Positions 1 through 11,467 of a stretch of 64,000 bases of DNA are shown here, piece after piece. Numbering within the stretch: the stretch's first letter is position 1; each line of letters starts with the position of its first letter. The position numbers were made by a program, and so were the translations under genes. Origin of the DNA: Torpedo marmorata (taxonomy: Eukaryota). A model generated the notes under the pieces. That model was not told where the DNA came from. It worked only from the letters and a program-made list of their open reading frames with translations, and did no database searches. Location of the stretch: assembly GCA_977017645.1 (NCBI GenBank), contig OZ360226.1, positions 60,450,001 to 60,514,000 on the forward strand. Direction: 5' to 3'.

Positions 1-315
1 TTATTAAACTTTGCGCGTTTTTTCCCACGGTCTTTTATACATTGAGCGCGCAGGTCTTATTAAATTGTGCGTGTTTTTTCCCACGGTCTTTTATACATTG
101 ATCGCGTATGTGCTTTATTCCCGCTACGATTTCACTGCCCTGCAAGTACGTAATACGTCACTCGTGACGTCACCACTGGAGGCAGGACCCCCCCTTAAAA
201 TCCCGGGTTCCCGATGATCCAGGTAAATCATGGTGCAGTGGGAAAGGCCCCCCGGGTGCAGCATGCCCGGTAAGTTTATCCGCTTCCTAGGAGGGTTGGC
301 GGTGTGAAAGGGGCT
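1..315 (-). mobile_element. End of a PIF/Harbinger-type non-autonomous element (same family as 35333-36109), cut by the window start
   Basis: Ends in TGTGAAAGGGGCT (303-315). The body is the reverse complement of ~35333-35570. It includes a ~56-bp tandem duplication at 1-110. Confidence 0.75.
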
Positions 316-823
316 ATTGCTGCTGGCAAATTGGCTCTTTTCTCATTCTTTTGTACTGAATTTAACTTGCAAAATAGTAAAGAGCTTAACTCATAATTAG
401 AACACAGTCACTGGGAGAAGCAAGGATGTGCTAATCTCTTACTTTAAGCATCAAGGCTCAGATATATCTTAGATATTCTGATTTCATTAAATTTCCAGTT
501 TCATCACTCCCAGTGCTATGATATCTGAATGACTAAGCTCACTAGCGATGACATGTTGCTTCTTCATTTCAGCGTGTTTGAGTATCCTGGGAACATGACA
601 GTGCATCGCCATCTAGTTCCACTGTAAGGGTTGCCCCTTGTTCATTCTGTTTCAGGACTATATTTCCAAATCTGCAAATAGTCTCGAACTGAATGATAAT
701 GATATTGTCATCTACATTGTACACATGCACAAGAACATATGCACCAAAATTCTTACTTTGCCGCCGCCAAACAAGTACTTCTCAAAAATAAAATCAACTG
801 CAATAGTGTACATTAAATGTAAT

Positions 824-1620
824 TAAGACCATAAGGCACAGGAGCAGAAATAGGCTATTCAGCCCATCGAGTCTGCCCTGCCATTTAATCATGACCTGAT
901 CCATTTTCCCTCTCAGCCCCACTGCCCGGCCTTCTCCCCATAACATTTAAAGGCCTGGCTAATGAAGAACCAATCAATCTCTGTCTTAAATAACCCAATG
1001 ACCTGGCCTCCACAACTGCCTGTGGCAACAAATTCCACATATTTACCACCCTCTGGCTGAAGAAATACCTCCGCATCTCTGTTCTAAGCGGACACCCTTC
1101 ATTTCTGAAGTTGTGCCCTCTTTTCCTAGACTCTCCCACCATGGGAAACAACCTTTCAACATCTACTCTGTGCATGCCTTTCAACATTCGAAATGTTTCA
1201 ATGAAATCCCCCTCATTCTCTTAAATTCCAATGAGTATAGGCTAAGAGCTGTCAAACGCTCCTCATATGATAACCCTTTCTTTCCCGGAATCATTCTTGT
1301 GAACCTCCTCTGAACCCTCTCCAATGTCAGCACATCCTTTCTTAAATGAGGAACCCAAAACTGCTCACAATACTCTAAGTGAGTTCTCACCAGCGCCTTG
1401 TAAAGCCTCAACATCACATCCCTGCTCTTATATTCTATTCCTTTTGAAATGAATACCAGCATTGCATTTGCCTTCTTCATCACTGACTCAACATACAAGT
1501 TTACCTTCAGGCAAATCTGCATGAGGACTCCCAGGACCCTTTGCATCTGGGTATTTTCAATTTTATCCCCATTTAAAAAATAGTTTGCCCATTTATTTTT
1601 TCTACTAGAGTGCATGCCGA
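824..1620 (-). mobile_element. CR1 LINE 3' fragment, degenerate
   Basis: ORFs 1181..1717 and 885..1187 give the CR1 ORF2 C-terminus (LYKALVRTHLEYC, ERVQRRFTRMIPG, FFSQRVVNMWN). Ends in a TCTTA-type tail. Confidence 0.9.
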
Positions 1621-2689
1621 AAAGATAGATGGATAATAAATATTCACAGTTACTATTGTGCAAGAAAAAAGTGGTGCAAACAAGCCTTTTTGTGGTGTTA
1701 GAGTGGTTTATAATCACTGTAACAAGTGGAGGTTCAACCTGTTAGAAAGAAACTGTTCTTGAACCTTGAGGTGCTGGTCTTCAGGGCTTTGTACCTTTTT
1801 CCCAAAGGTAGCAACAAGAAAAAGTTGTGATGGGTGTCATTTATGATGTTGGCTGCCTTCTTGAGACAGCGCCTCACGAGGGTCAAGAAATCATAAATCA
1901 AGGACAGATTCAAAAGAGATTGAATTTGCTGCAGAAAATCTGATCCTCGATGTTAACCCACATTTGGGGATCAAGTCTTCTCTACATTCCCAACATTTTT
2001 ACAGCAGTGCCTTTCAAGGTGTCTTGCATGGGATAATGTTATGAATGTATTTACAGATCAATAGCAGTGCAATGTGGAGCCTGATTTAATCACAGTTCAT
2101 TTGATTTCAAGGTGGACTTCAGAATAGGTACCTATCATGGCAGCTCTAGAAGTGTCCGTTATCATTTTTGCGAGTGCCCACTGCCATCTTTGGCTTAAAT
2201 CAGTCATGTAATTATTGTCTCTATGCTCAAATATTCAAATACAGTCCTGATCAGCTTCCTATCTGGATCGAAACTCATGCTAAACCCTCCTGCTCATATT
2301 CCAACTCAAATCAAATCCTTTCACTCTGGTGTTTGTCAAACTGGTTAAACATCAAAATTAAAATTCCTCATCTTTGTTTTTAAATCCCCCACAGGATGAC
2401 TTGCCATCTTTTCTTATTTGAACCCTTGCGTTTCATACTATGGAATGCTGCACCCATCAGGTTTAGTCTAGTTTTGGTGGGGCACAGTAGCATAGCTAGT
2501 AGTGATACTACCTCATAGCTCCAGTTACCCATGTTCAATCCTGACCTCCCTCTGGTGTTGCCGGTATGGGGATTGTACTTTCTCTCTGTGAACACGTAGA
2601 TTTCTCACAGGTGATCTGGTTTCCTCCCACAACCCATAAACGTATAAGTTGGTAGATTATTTCACCAGTGAAATCAGTGCAGATTGAAA

Positions 2690-3760
2690 ACATCACTTTC
2701 TCCTCGAATACCATCAACATAGGGGCACTTCAAGGCTCTGTGCTTAGTCTCCTACCCTCTTCCCTCAACACTCACAATTGCGAAGCCAAGTTCAGCTCCA
2801 ACACGGCAGGGCGGCACGATTAGTGTAGTAGGACGGCACGGTTAGCGTAGTGGTTAGCGCAACACTGTTACAGCGCCAGCGATCGGGACCGGGGTTCAAA
2901 TCCCGCGCTGTTTATAAGGAGTTTGTACATTCTCCCTGTGTCTGCATGGGTGTTCCCTGGGGGCTCCGGTTTCCTCCCACTGTTCAAAAAACGTACCAGG
3001 GGTTGTAGGTCAATTGGGGGTAATTGGGCAGCACGGGCTCGTGAGCCGAAAGGGCCTGTTACTGTGCTGTATGTCTAAATTTAAAAATTTTAAATTTAAA
3101 TCTATAAATTCACTGACAACACCACCATTGTTTGCTGAATAATGGGTAATAATGTATCAGAATATAAGATGGAGATCAAGTATCTAATTGTGTGGTGCCA
3201 GAACAACAATATTGCTCTCAATGTTAGCAAGACCAAGGAGCTTATTGTAGATTTGAGGAAGGGGAAGCTGAGGAACAACACACCAGTCTTCATTGACGGA
3301 CAGCGGTGGGGAGGGTTAATACCTTCCAGTTCCTGGATGACCACATATCGGAGGACCTATACTGGAGCTAGCACATCGACGCAACCATGAAGAAGGCACA
3401 CTAACTGCTTTATTTTCTATGAAGACTGAGGAAATTTGGTATGTTGTCAGTTCCTCAATCACATATTTACATGTGTACTGTTGAAAGTATAGTGTCTGGT
3501 TGCATTATGGCCTGCTTTGGAAAATGGCAAACATTGCCAAGTACATCACGGCACTGACCTCCCATTCATTGAAGACAATTATGTGAGATGCTGCCTCAAG
3601 AAGGCAAACAACATCTTAAAGGATCCCCATCACCCTGGGCAAAATCTCATCTAACTGTTATCTCAGGCACAAGGTACAGAAGCCTAAATCCCAGCAGTTC
3701 TAAGTTCAAAAACAGGTTTTTTTGGACAGCTATCATGCTCTTGAACCTCCCTCTATTACT
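2690..3760 (+). mobile_element. Rex1/Babar LINE RT and C-terminal fragment, split by a SINE; 3' UTR runs to ~4470
   Basis: GAPQGxVLSP-like, [20 protein letters not shown] and KDPHHPG-like motifs are homologous to the 7673-10657 element. Confidence 0.8.
2805..3100 (+). mobile_element. tRNA-derived SINE
   Basis: A-box-like TAGCGTAGTGG, B-box GGTTCAAATCC and (TTTAAA)n tail. It interrupts the Rex1 frame. Siblings lie at 6095-6880 and 57308-57502. Confidence 0.85.
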
Positions 3761-3932
3761 CTAGCCCTAACCATAAACTACTCCAGAAACACCCAAAAGA
3801 TCTATCTGCACTACTGAAATGTCACTTTTTTTCTTGCACTAACCACAACTGTGAATATTTATTTATCTATCCTTTCCTGTTTAGTATCTCTTTTTCTGTC
3901 TTGGCATATTGTGACAATTTAGTTTAAATTAT

Positions 3933-4408
3933 TGTGGTTGACATATCTTATGTACCTGTGTTGTTGACATATCTTATGTACCTGTGTTGTTGACATATCT
4001 TATGTACCTGTGTGGTTGACATATCTTATGTACCTGTGTGGTTGACATATCTTATGTACCTGTGTTGTTGACATATCTTATGTACCTGTGTTGTTGACAT
4101 ATCTTATGTACCTGTGTGGTTGACATATCTTATGTACCTGTGTTGTTGACATATCTTATGTACCTGTGTGGTTGACATATCTTATGTACCTGTGTTGTTG
4201 ACATATCTTATGTACCTGTGTGGTTGACATATCTTATGTACCTGTGTTGTTGACATATCTTATGTACCTGTGTGGTTGACATATCTTATGTACCTGTGTG
4301 GTTAACATATCTTATGTACCTGTGTGGTTGACATATCTTATGTACCTGTGTTGTTGACATATCTTATTTACCTGTGTTGTTGACATATCTTATGTACCTG
4401 TGTGGTTG
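3933..4408. repeat. 26-bp minisatellite, 18 full units plus 8 bp (TGT[G/T]GTTGACATATCTTATGTACCTG)
   Basis: Read directly; head-to-tail units with no spacers. Confidence 0.98.
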
Positions 4409-5129
4409 CAGGAAGTTAGAATCTTGTTGATTCTGTACATTGTACTTATGTATATGACAATCTCATCTCATTGCCTCATCCCATCAATTTATCTGGGAAG
4501 AATTAACAAAAATGCAGAGAGAATAAGATGGGATTGGGTAAGATTAGTAGAGATGGGTTTGATGATTGGCATGATCTTAGTTGGTCGAAGGGCTGGTTTC
4601 CTTGCTGGATGATTCTATGACTATAACATTTTCTACGTCTTTGATACATGCACAACCATGTCAGTCAATCTTCTGAGTCCCAATGGTTACTTTCTCAGCT
4701 CTATCTGCCTCTACACATTGAAGAAAAGCTTTATTGAAGATAGACCAGTACAGCACATTAGTCCAGCATCCTTTCACTGCTGGCACTTGAGTTTAAATTT
4801 TGGCAAGACTGATGGGATCAGAGTCTCCACAGAATAGAGCAGTGTCAATATTACATGAAGTTATTCTGGAACAGATCTAGTTAGTCAGCAAATTGACCAC
4901 ATCAGTCAGACACGCCATACGGATATCGAGCAAATGAAATGGAAAATTTAAGCCAGTTCAGGGCATTTTTTTTTCTCTGAGGTTGAAGTCAGAAGGGATA
5001 AAACCATTGCCATATAGTTCAGCAATAGAAAATAATCACTTTATAAAGCCTCTGTAATCTACTGTTGGTGCACATTGAATATTTAAATCAGGCAATTATT
5101 TCCTCCTGCATCCACCACAAATATGTGGT

Positions 5130-5450
5130 AGTTCTTTGATCTCTGAATTATAAGGTTATGGTTTCAATTCACCTCCAGAGCCTGACTGTATAATCGAATT
5201 CAGTGCATGAGCGAGGAAGTGTCACAGGTACAATCCCTTGGGTGAAATGTTAAGCTTAGGATCAAGTTGTTCTCTCATGTGAAAATCCCAGTTTTCCCCA
5301 ACTTCTTGCTCAACCTTTAACCCACAACCATTGCCACTGAAATAGATCAACTTGCAATTGATACTTTTTGTGGGAGTTCAGTTGCACACTTCCTTCATTA
5401 CAATAGTGATTACAATTCAAAGTAATTTTCTGGGAAACACTTTAAGACAC
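5130..5450 (+). mobile_element. Old DeuSINE-like (AmnSINE1/SacSINE1-type) element
   Basis: The 3' part TTTGTGGGAG...TTCCTTCATTACAATAGTGATTACAATTCAAAGTA resembles the Deu-domain SINE 3' region as recalled; highly diverged. Confidence 0.5.
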
Positions 5451-6094
5451 TCTAATGCTCATCACAAACTTTTGAAAATGCTTATCTTGGGGGTAAGCCA
5501 ATTTCAATGAAGAACTTGGGATATGGCCCTGATCTACAGTAATCAAATATCCTTAGCTTGAAAGTGAATGAACATTGAGAGGCCTTAAAAGTGGAGAGGC
5601 TTTGGAACAGATTAGAAACAAGGAAGAGGGGACAAACAAACCTTGATACAGAATAATACAGAAATTAAAATGAAAAGAAAAATGTTAGTACCATAATACA
5701 CCAGAAAATCATGCTGAATATAAAAAGTGCAGAAGAGAACTTAAAAAGAAAATGGGAGGATAAAGTCTTGGAGAAATTTTCCATCAGATTTTTAGTACTG
5801 GATAGAATAAAAATCGATAAAGAGGAGCCACAAAAAATACCGTAACTGTCAATGATCAAAGAAGAAAGAGTGCTGGTGAGTAAAAGTGTTCTCAGATGCT
5901 GACAAAATGTGCATTTCTATAAATATATAATATTGACTGTTTATAACACTAAATCTAAAATGTTACATTGAAGTCAATGAAGTCATTTTTTAAAAAATGT
6001 GGTTGCTAATAGATACATTCTTTTAGTGTATGCCACAGAGGATGAGTTTCTACTTTGCATTTCTAGACATCTTTATCTTTCGGTGTATCTTTAT

Positions 6095-6880
6095 TTAATT
6101 TTAATTTAGACATACAGGCCCACGAGCCCGTGCCCCCAATACACCAATTAAGCTACAATCACAGTCATGGCCAGAATTAACACGTACCTAAGGAAAGGAC
6201 TGGACCCACTGCAATTTGCCTATCATCTCATTTGCTCCACAGCAGACGTAATATCACTGGCTCTCCACTCAGCTCTGGATCACCTATAAAACAACAACTC
6301 ATACATACGGCTGCTCTTCATCGACTACAGCTCAGCCTTCAACACCATTATTCCCTCAGCGCTGATCAACAAGCTACAAACCCTAGGCTTCTGCACCCCT
6401 CTCTGCAACTGGATCCTTGACTTCCTCATAGGAAGACCACAGTCAGTACAGTCTCCTCCTCACTGACGATCAACACAGGTGAACCTCAAGGATGCGTGCT
6501 TAGCCCATTGCTCTACTCACTATACACCCATGACTGTGTAGCTAGGCACAATTCCAATGCTATCTAAAAATTTGCCGATGACACCACGGTTGTCGGCAGA
6601 ATCAGAAACAACAATAAGGAAGCGTAGAGGAGGGAGAGATCAACTAGTTGAGTGGTGTCACACCAACAACTTTGCACTCAACGTTAGAAAAACCAAGGAG
6701 ATGATTGTGGACTTCAGGAGGAAGTCAGGAGAACATGGACCAGTCCTCACTGAGGGCTCAATAAATTCTGATTCTAACGGGGAGAACACACAAACTACTT
6801 ACAGACAGCGCTGGATTTGAACCCAAGTCACTGGTGCCGTAATAGCGTTGCGCTAACCCCTACACTAACCAGACCACCCA
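6095..6880 (-). mobile_element. tRNA-SINE (minus) split by an internal plus-strand Rex1 RT fragment (~6160-6760)
   Basis: SINE tail at 6095-6160 and SINE head (reverse complement of GGTTCAAATCC) at ~6775-6880. The insert encodes [19 protein letters not shown] and [10 protein letters not shown] motifs. Confidence 0.75.
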
Positions 6881-7039
6881 AAGAGGTCATATCCCAAGTT
6901 CTTCATTAAAATTGGCTAACCCCAAGATAAGCATTTTCAGAAATTTGTGATGTGCATTAGAGTGTCTAACCAGCTGCCCACCCATCCAAGCTCCTGATGC
7001 CCCGGCCGCCCTCCCATCTGACCACCCGATGCCCTGGCT

Positions 7040-7361
7040 GCCATGGTAATATGCGTGTAATAGTTGACCCCCTAAACTTTACCCTAAAAATTGGTGCACC
7101 AAATTCAACTATTACACGTGTATATACAGTATGTGTACTTTTTGATTATTGAAACTAATACAAATTAGCTGTTTAAAAACTACATACATGAATAAATATT
7201 ATTTCGAACATGTATTTCTCAATCTTTATATAACATTTTTGTAACAAAATGTGCATGTAAGAGTAAAAACGTGTATGTAATATTTTTTCATGTTTTGTGG
7301 CTCTCAAACATCTGAAGTTTATCGTATGTGGCTCTAATGTTAAGCAATTTGGCCACCCCTG
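7040..7361. mobile_element. DNA-transposon remnants: TcMar-like end (~7045-7131) and hAT-like end (~7300-7361)
   Basis: ...CTATTACACGTGTATATACAG+TA resembles a pogo-type TIR. TTTGGCCACCCCTG is the reverse complement of the hAT-type TIR CAGGGGTGGCCAAA. Confidence 0.45.
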
Positions 7362-7660
7362 ATCGAGACCAATAGGTTTGACTAAGATTTATCAGTTTTC
7401 GATGATATTGCAGAATGGGTTAATGGGATATTGCATAATAGATTTAATAGTAAAGTTAATGTTCATAGGATTAAATTGACAATAGCAGCAAAGAAATAAG
7501 TTTGATAAAATAGAATGTAGAACATAAAACATTACAGCACATTATAGGCCCTCCAGTCCATGATGTTGTGCCAACCTATGTAAACCTACTCCACAACAAT
7601 CTAATTTTTCCCTGCCACACACCCATAACCCTCTACTTTTCTTCCATCCATGTGCCTAAG

Positions 7661-10600
7661 GGATAGAAAAAGATGGCGGCGCGTGTGAATCGCGAGGCTC
7701 AGTGTCCGACAGGATTTTGGAAGATAGCGCTAATACACTTGTTTGTTTTCGGTGTAATTGTTAGAGTTAACGGTGCGTATTACAGCTACAGCAGACAGTC
7801 ACTTTTGGAAGTTTATCATAGCTGCAATGATGCAGGTTTGGATCATCTATCGAGCTCATTTAATTTCGACCAAATTCCGGAGCTAGAACGGTCACCACGG
7901 GCTTGCGTTCTACTCACCCCGACCGGAAGGGTTCGACGTCGGCGTCGGGACCGCAAGCAGCGACAGGGGAAGCGTGGAGGTCTGCGAGTCAGGCTACGTT
8001 CGAACCCACTTAGGCCAGCGCTACCGAGTATTTTTCTTGCTAATGCTCGGTCTCTGGTGAATAAGCTCGATGAACTAAGGACCTGGGTCGTCACACAGAA
8101 AAGGCTTACAGACTGTAATGTCATGTTTTTCACGGAGACATGGCTTAATAGCGGTATACCAAACAACGTGGTGGAACTGGAAGGTCGTATGGTTTTCAGG
8201 GCTGACAGAATGGCAGCAGCAACGGGAAAAAGCAGAGGAGGTGGGTTGTGCATCTATGTGAATAGATGATGGTGCATTAACTCTACCATTGCTGACACTT
8301 ATTGCTCTGTGGATCTAGAATACCTGATTATTAAGTGTAGGCCTTTTTATCTACCAAGAGAGTTTACATGTATTATTGCTGTTGCAGTTTATGTACCTCC
8401 GGAGGCTAATGCTAAAGTAGCTATGGAAGACCTCAGTGCTGCTATCAGCAAGTTGCAGACATTGCATCCAGACGGAGCCTTTATTGTGGCTGGGGACTTT
8501 AATCACTGCAATTTACGTACTGTGCTTCCAAGATTTCATCAAAATGTGACGAGTAATACGAGGGGTAATAAAACCTTAGATCAGGTTTACACTAATGTGG
8601 CTGACGCTTACAAAACCACTACCCTCCCTCACTTGGGACAGTCTGACCATCTTTCACTGTTTATGCTTCCCAAGTATAGACCAGTTGTTAAACGGGTAAA
8701 ACCCACAATGAAGACCATTAAGATCTGGCTTGAGGGTGCTGACTTTGTTCTTCAGCAACATTTTCAACATATAGATTGGAGTGCGTTTGCTGCCCATGCT
8801 ATCACAGATTCTCAGATTGATATTGATTCATACACAAACTCTGTTCTTGAGTACATTAACAAGTGTGTGGATGGAGTAACATCACAAAAGAAAATAAAAA
8901 TATTTGCTAACCAAAAACCATGGATGAACAGTGAGGTTCGCCGTTTGCTCAAAGACAGAGATATAGCCTTCAGATCTGAAGACTGGGAGAGTTATGGCTT
9001 AGCCAGGACGAACTTAAGGAGGGGAATCTCTCAGGCTAAATATATATACAAACTAAAGATTGAAGAGTATTTTAAATCGTCGGACCCTCGGCGCATGTGG
9101 CAGGGCATACAGATGATTACAGACTACAAATCATCTAGTATTGCGCCTCCTTCCAGTTGTGCCTCCCTCTCTGAGGAGCTTAACTATTTCTATGCTCGCT
9201 TTGATCGAGAGAACAAGGAGGTCACTTCCAAGGCGGATCTTCTACCTGATGAATTGCCTCTCTCATTTTCCATCTCTGATGTATGGGCCACCTTGAGTAG
9301 GGTGAATGTAAGGAAGGCAGCTGGTCCGGATGGCATACCTGGCCGTGTGCTTAGAGCCTGTGCAGAACAGTTGGCTGGGGTTTTTACGGACATTTTCAAT
9401 CTGTCCCTAGCCAAGGCAGTTGTTCCAACGAGCTTCAAGATCGCTACCATCGTGCCAGTGCCGAAGTGTTCTGCTGTCAGGAGCTTGAATGATTACCGTC
9501 CAGTTGCACTTACTCCCATCGTCGCAAAGTGTTTTGAGAGATTGGTTTTATCACACTTGAAATTCTGTTTGCCTGCCACTATGGACTCTCATCAATTTGC
9601 CTACCGTACCAACAGGTCGACCGAGGATGCTATTTCTACTGTGCTCCACTCTGCTTTGACACACTTGGACAGCTCTAACTCTTATGTCAGAATGCTGTTC
9701 ATAAATTTTAGCTCGGCTTTCAATACTGTTATTCCCTCCAAGCTGATTACCAAACTTCGTTTGCTTGGTATCAGCTCATCCCTCTGCAATTGGATTTTGG
9801 ACTTCCTAACGAGCAGACCCCAATCTGTTAAGTTAGGCAATCTTTTTTCCTCCATTCTCACCTTGAATACCGGTGTACCACAGGGTTGTGTGCTGAGCCC
9901 TCTTTTGTATTCCCTTTTTACCTCTGACTGCGTTCCTGTACATAGTACGAACTCCATAATCAAGTTCGCAGATGACACCACGGTGGTTGGCCTGATCAGA
10001 GGGGACGATGAAACGGCCTATAGGGATGAGGTTCAGTACCTGGTCTTGTGGTGTGCCAATAATAATCTGATACTTAACACTCAGAAGACCAAGGAGATCA
10101 TTGTGGACTTTAGGCGTACTGGAAGCCACACTCACATCCCCATTTACATTCATGGAGCTGTGGTGGAACGTGTGTCGAGTTTTAAATTCCTTGGCGTCCA
10201 GATTTCTGAAGATCTTACTTGGTCCTTGAATTCTTCAAAGCTGATTAAAAAGGCACAACAGCGTCTTTACTTTCTGCGAAGCATGAGGAAGGTACACCTC
10301 TGTCCTAGGATATTATTGGATTTCTATAGATGTACCATTGAGAGTGTATTGACATATGGTATCTCGGTATGGTATGGTAACTGCCTAGTACAAGACCGCA
10401 AAGTACTTCAGCGGGTGGTGAAAACTGCCCAGCGGATTATTGGCATGCAATTGCCTACCATCGAGAATATCTATAGAGAACGGTGTCTGGGCAGAGCGAG
10501 GAACATCATTAAGGATGCATCACACCCAAATCATGGACTTTTTACTCTTCTCCCATCGGGCAGACGCTACAGGAGCCTTCGCTCGCGTACCAGCAGGCTG

Positions 10601-10905
10601 AAGAAGAGTTTCTTTCATGAGGCTGTGAGCCTGATGAACATTGAATCACAGCGTTGAGTGGTACTGCACTCAAATTGTAATATCAGTACTTTTATAATAG
10701 TTTTATAATAGTTTGTTGTTGAATAGGTTGTTGTTTTGTTGAATAGGTTGTTGTTGGTTTTAATTGCACATGTTTTACTGTGATGTTTATAGCACTATTT
10801 TTTAACTTCTGGTTGGATGCTAGTTGTATCTCATTGGCTTGTTCTGAACTGGTACAATGACAATAAAGTGCATCTAATCTAATCTAATCTAATCTAATCT
10901 AATCT
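7661..10905 (+). mobile_element. Apparently full-length Rex1/Babar LINE
   Basis: Single long APE-RT frame, then a 3' UTR ending GACAATAAA followed by (CTAAT)n at ~10872-10905. Confidence 0.9.
7673..10657 (+). pseudogene. Rex1/Babar AP-endonuclease + reverse transcriptase ORF with a single premature TGA at 8267-8269
   Basis: ORFs 7673..8269 and 8309..10657 are in the same frame. Motifs: [53 protein letters not shown]. Confidence 0.92.
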
Positions 10906-11239
10906 TTGAGTGTCGCTATTGTACCAGCCCCCACCACAATCCCGGGCAATGCATTCCAGGCACCCACCACTCCCTTAGTAAAAAACTACCTCTGATATCT
11001 CCTCTAAAATTTCCTCCACTCACCTTAAACTTCTGGAATTTGCCATTGTTGCCCCAGGAAAAAGGTACTAGCTGTCCACCCTTTCTAAGCCCCTCATAAT
11101 ATTATTTACTTCTATTAAGTCACCTCTCATCCTTCATTATTCTAATTGCTCCACATTGCTTCATATGACTTGTTCGCCAATCCAGGCAACATCCTTGTAA
11201 ATTTCCTCTGCACCCTCTGCAAAGCATCTACATCCTTCC

Positions 11240-11467
11240 CCTGATCAATTCTCACCTTTCCTCTCCTGTCTTCCTATTCATGTCCAATTATTGCCTTTTG
11301 CCTGTTGGCCTGAGCTCCTCCCCCTGCCCTTTCTTCCCTCCTTCTCCAGCCTTTCTATTTAGGCACTTGAGGAAGGGTTAAGGCCCGAAATGTTGGTTGT
11401 ATATCTTTACCTCTTAAGGACGCTGCGAGACCTGCTGAGTTCCTCCAGCATTTTTGTGTTTTTTTTA
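11240..11467 (+). mobile_element. Penelope-like 3' terminal fragment with 12-bp TSD
   Basis: TSD CTACATCCTTCC at 11228-11239 and 11468-11479. Homologous to the Penelope 3' end at 54340-54560. Confidence 0.75.

Noticed and set aside
2812-2910. tRNA gene
   Set aside because: It has A/B boxes but no convincing cloverleaf, and it continues into a multi-copy SINE body.
3933-4408. CRISPR-like array
   Set aside because: Units are contiguous with no unique spacers, there are no cas genes and the context is eukaryotic; it is a minisatellite.
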